Assembly: GCA_951406725.2 (NCBI GenBank)
Contig: OX597823.1
Location: forward strand, 26,350,001 to 26,414,000
Direction of reading: 5' to 3'
DNA length: 64,000 nucleotides
Origin: Octopus vulgaris
Taxonomy: Eukaryota
The stretch's first letter is position 1, and each line of letters opens with the position of its first letter. The translations under genes and the position numbers were made by a program. Under the pieces are notes generated by a model. The model was given only the letters and a program-made list of their open reading frames with translations. It made no database searches and was not told where the DNA came from. Shown here piece after piece: positions 62,630-64,000 of the stretch.

Positions 62630-63170
62630 GGTAGGTTTTATGAGTGGATGCACCTCGAAGGGTGCTGCTATGTATACACAGACATCCTAGACCACATTCA
62701 GAAAAGGGCCACAGACACGCTCCTACCCCTACCTACTGGCGAGGTTACTGTAGCTGTCACTTGTGTCAACTGCAGAGAAAATGAGCAGGAGAAATTGATT
62801 TGCTATCATCATCATCATCACCACCACTGCCAACAGTCATCACAACCAGTTATTAATGTCGCCCATCACCCCTACCGTTGTCATTACCATCACTATCACC
62901 ATCACCAACATGATCAATATCCCCCACCAAAATCTCTTATTTTTGTATGGTACTATAATGTCCTTTGCTCCTCAGAGCTAGCTGGGGGTCATGCTATCTC
63001 ACTCATATTCTAACCCTATTTGCCTCTTGTCCTCTCCTCTACTCAGGGCCTACATCCAGTTTTACCTTTTTAAAACCTTGACCCTCTGGGATTCCCTCCC
63101 TGTTCATTATTTTCCCCACAGATATTGGCTTGCAATGGTTCAAGTGGAATATTAACAACATCAATATTGC
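62630..63170 (+). mobile_element. LINE (CR1/Jockey-group) ORF2 3' remnant, interrupted by a duplicated segment
   Basis: ILDHIQKRA before 62742, then YYNVLCSSELAG...LWDSLP after 62934. Confidence 0.5.
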
Positions 63171-63222
63171 AGGTTATGCAGGGCCTGTGAAGGCCTTGGG
63201 TACTACCCCTTTCTCTGAAACT

Positions 63223-63253
<31 letters not shown>

Positions 63254-63487
63254 CTTTATTCCTCAACTTAAATTGTAATTTAGCCAGGTTACTGTAGCTA
63301 TCACTTGTGTCAACTGCAGAGAAAATGAGCAGGAGAAATTGATTTGCTATCATCATCATCATCATCATCATCACCACCACTGCCAACAGTCATCACAACC
63401 AGTTATTAATGTCGCCCATCACCCCTACCGTTGTCATTACCATCACTATCACCATCACCAACATGATCAATATCCCCCACCAAAATC
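62742..63487 (+). repeat. Near-identical ~195-bp direct duplication (62742-62934 and 63286-63487)
   Basis: aggttactgtagct...cccccaccaaaatc occurs twice, differing mainly in (CAT)n length. Confidence 0.9.
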
Positions 63488-64000
63488 ACTTTCATCACCC
63501 CCGTCACCCTTAATTACCACCACCACCACCACCACCATTATCCCTCCCCCTCCTCCTCATCGTCATCATCATCATCATCATCATCATTACATTCACTATC
63601 ACCGGAAGAAAGAGGGGAAAGAGCTCTCTAAATAGCAAAATCCAAAGTTTTGTAGTGAATGTTGGCAGAGTTACGTCCCTTGTCAATCTGTTATCATCAA
63701 TAACAGAAATGGCAGATATTAATGCTCAACAGAAATTGATGAAATGTCGAGCTTATTTAGAAGGCAATCCAACCGACGTTAAGGTTAATATCAATATTAA
63801 TATTTAAAAACAAAATTCATTACGTTACAGTTTATTGTTTTTATAGATTTTTATTTGGATTTAAAAAAATACGTCGTAAGCAAAATTATAGATATTTCTT
63901 TTATTATTTTTACAATTTATAGAATAAGACCTATTCTTCTTTTATCGTGTATATATTCATTTTTCCATTCGATCTTCTAATGATTTTTCTATCACGTTAG

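Overview
AT-rich, microsatellite- and transposon-dense animal DNA. The SINE and RTE families and the C2H2-ZNF style point to octopus or another coleoid cephalopod; this is an inference. I can support two host genes. (1) The 5' part of a minus-strand C2H2 zinc-finger gene that runs off the left edge. (2) A complete five-exon, 271-aa GATA-like zinc-finger gene on the plus strand (38919-59847), recognisable as a ZGLP1 orthologue; the ORF track shows it only in fragments. Most other sequence is mobile DNA: an RTE LINE fused to an atypical LTR-type element, which is itself interrupted by a full-length CsRn1/Kabuki-type Gypsy (both LTRs, PBS, PPT and TSD visible); four mariner/Tc1-superfamily elements; many tRNA-derived SINEs; and a family of GG-ended, 8-bp-TSD (Merlin-like) fold-back MITEs carrying CCCTAA motifs. 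The most unusual signals are a heavily decayed, fragmented minus-strand coding fossil (about 7.4-17.3 kb) with bunyavirus-like L-polymerase motifs in the expected order, and minimal hammerhead-ribozyme motifs in Penelope-like repeats. Both are tentative and need computational confirmation.
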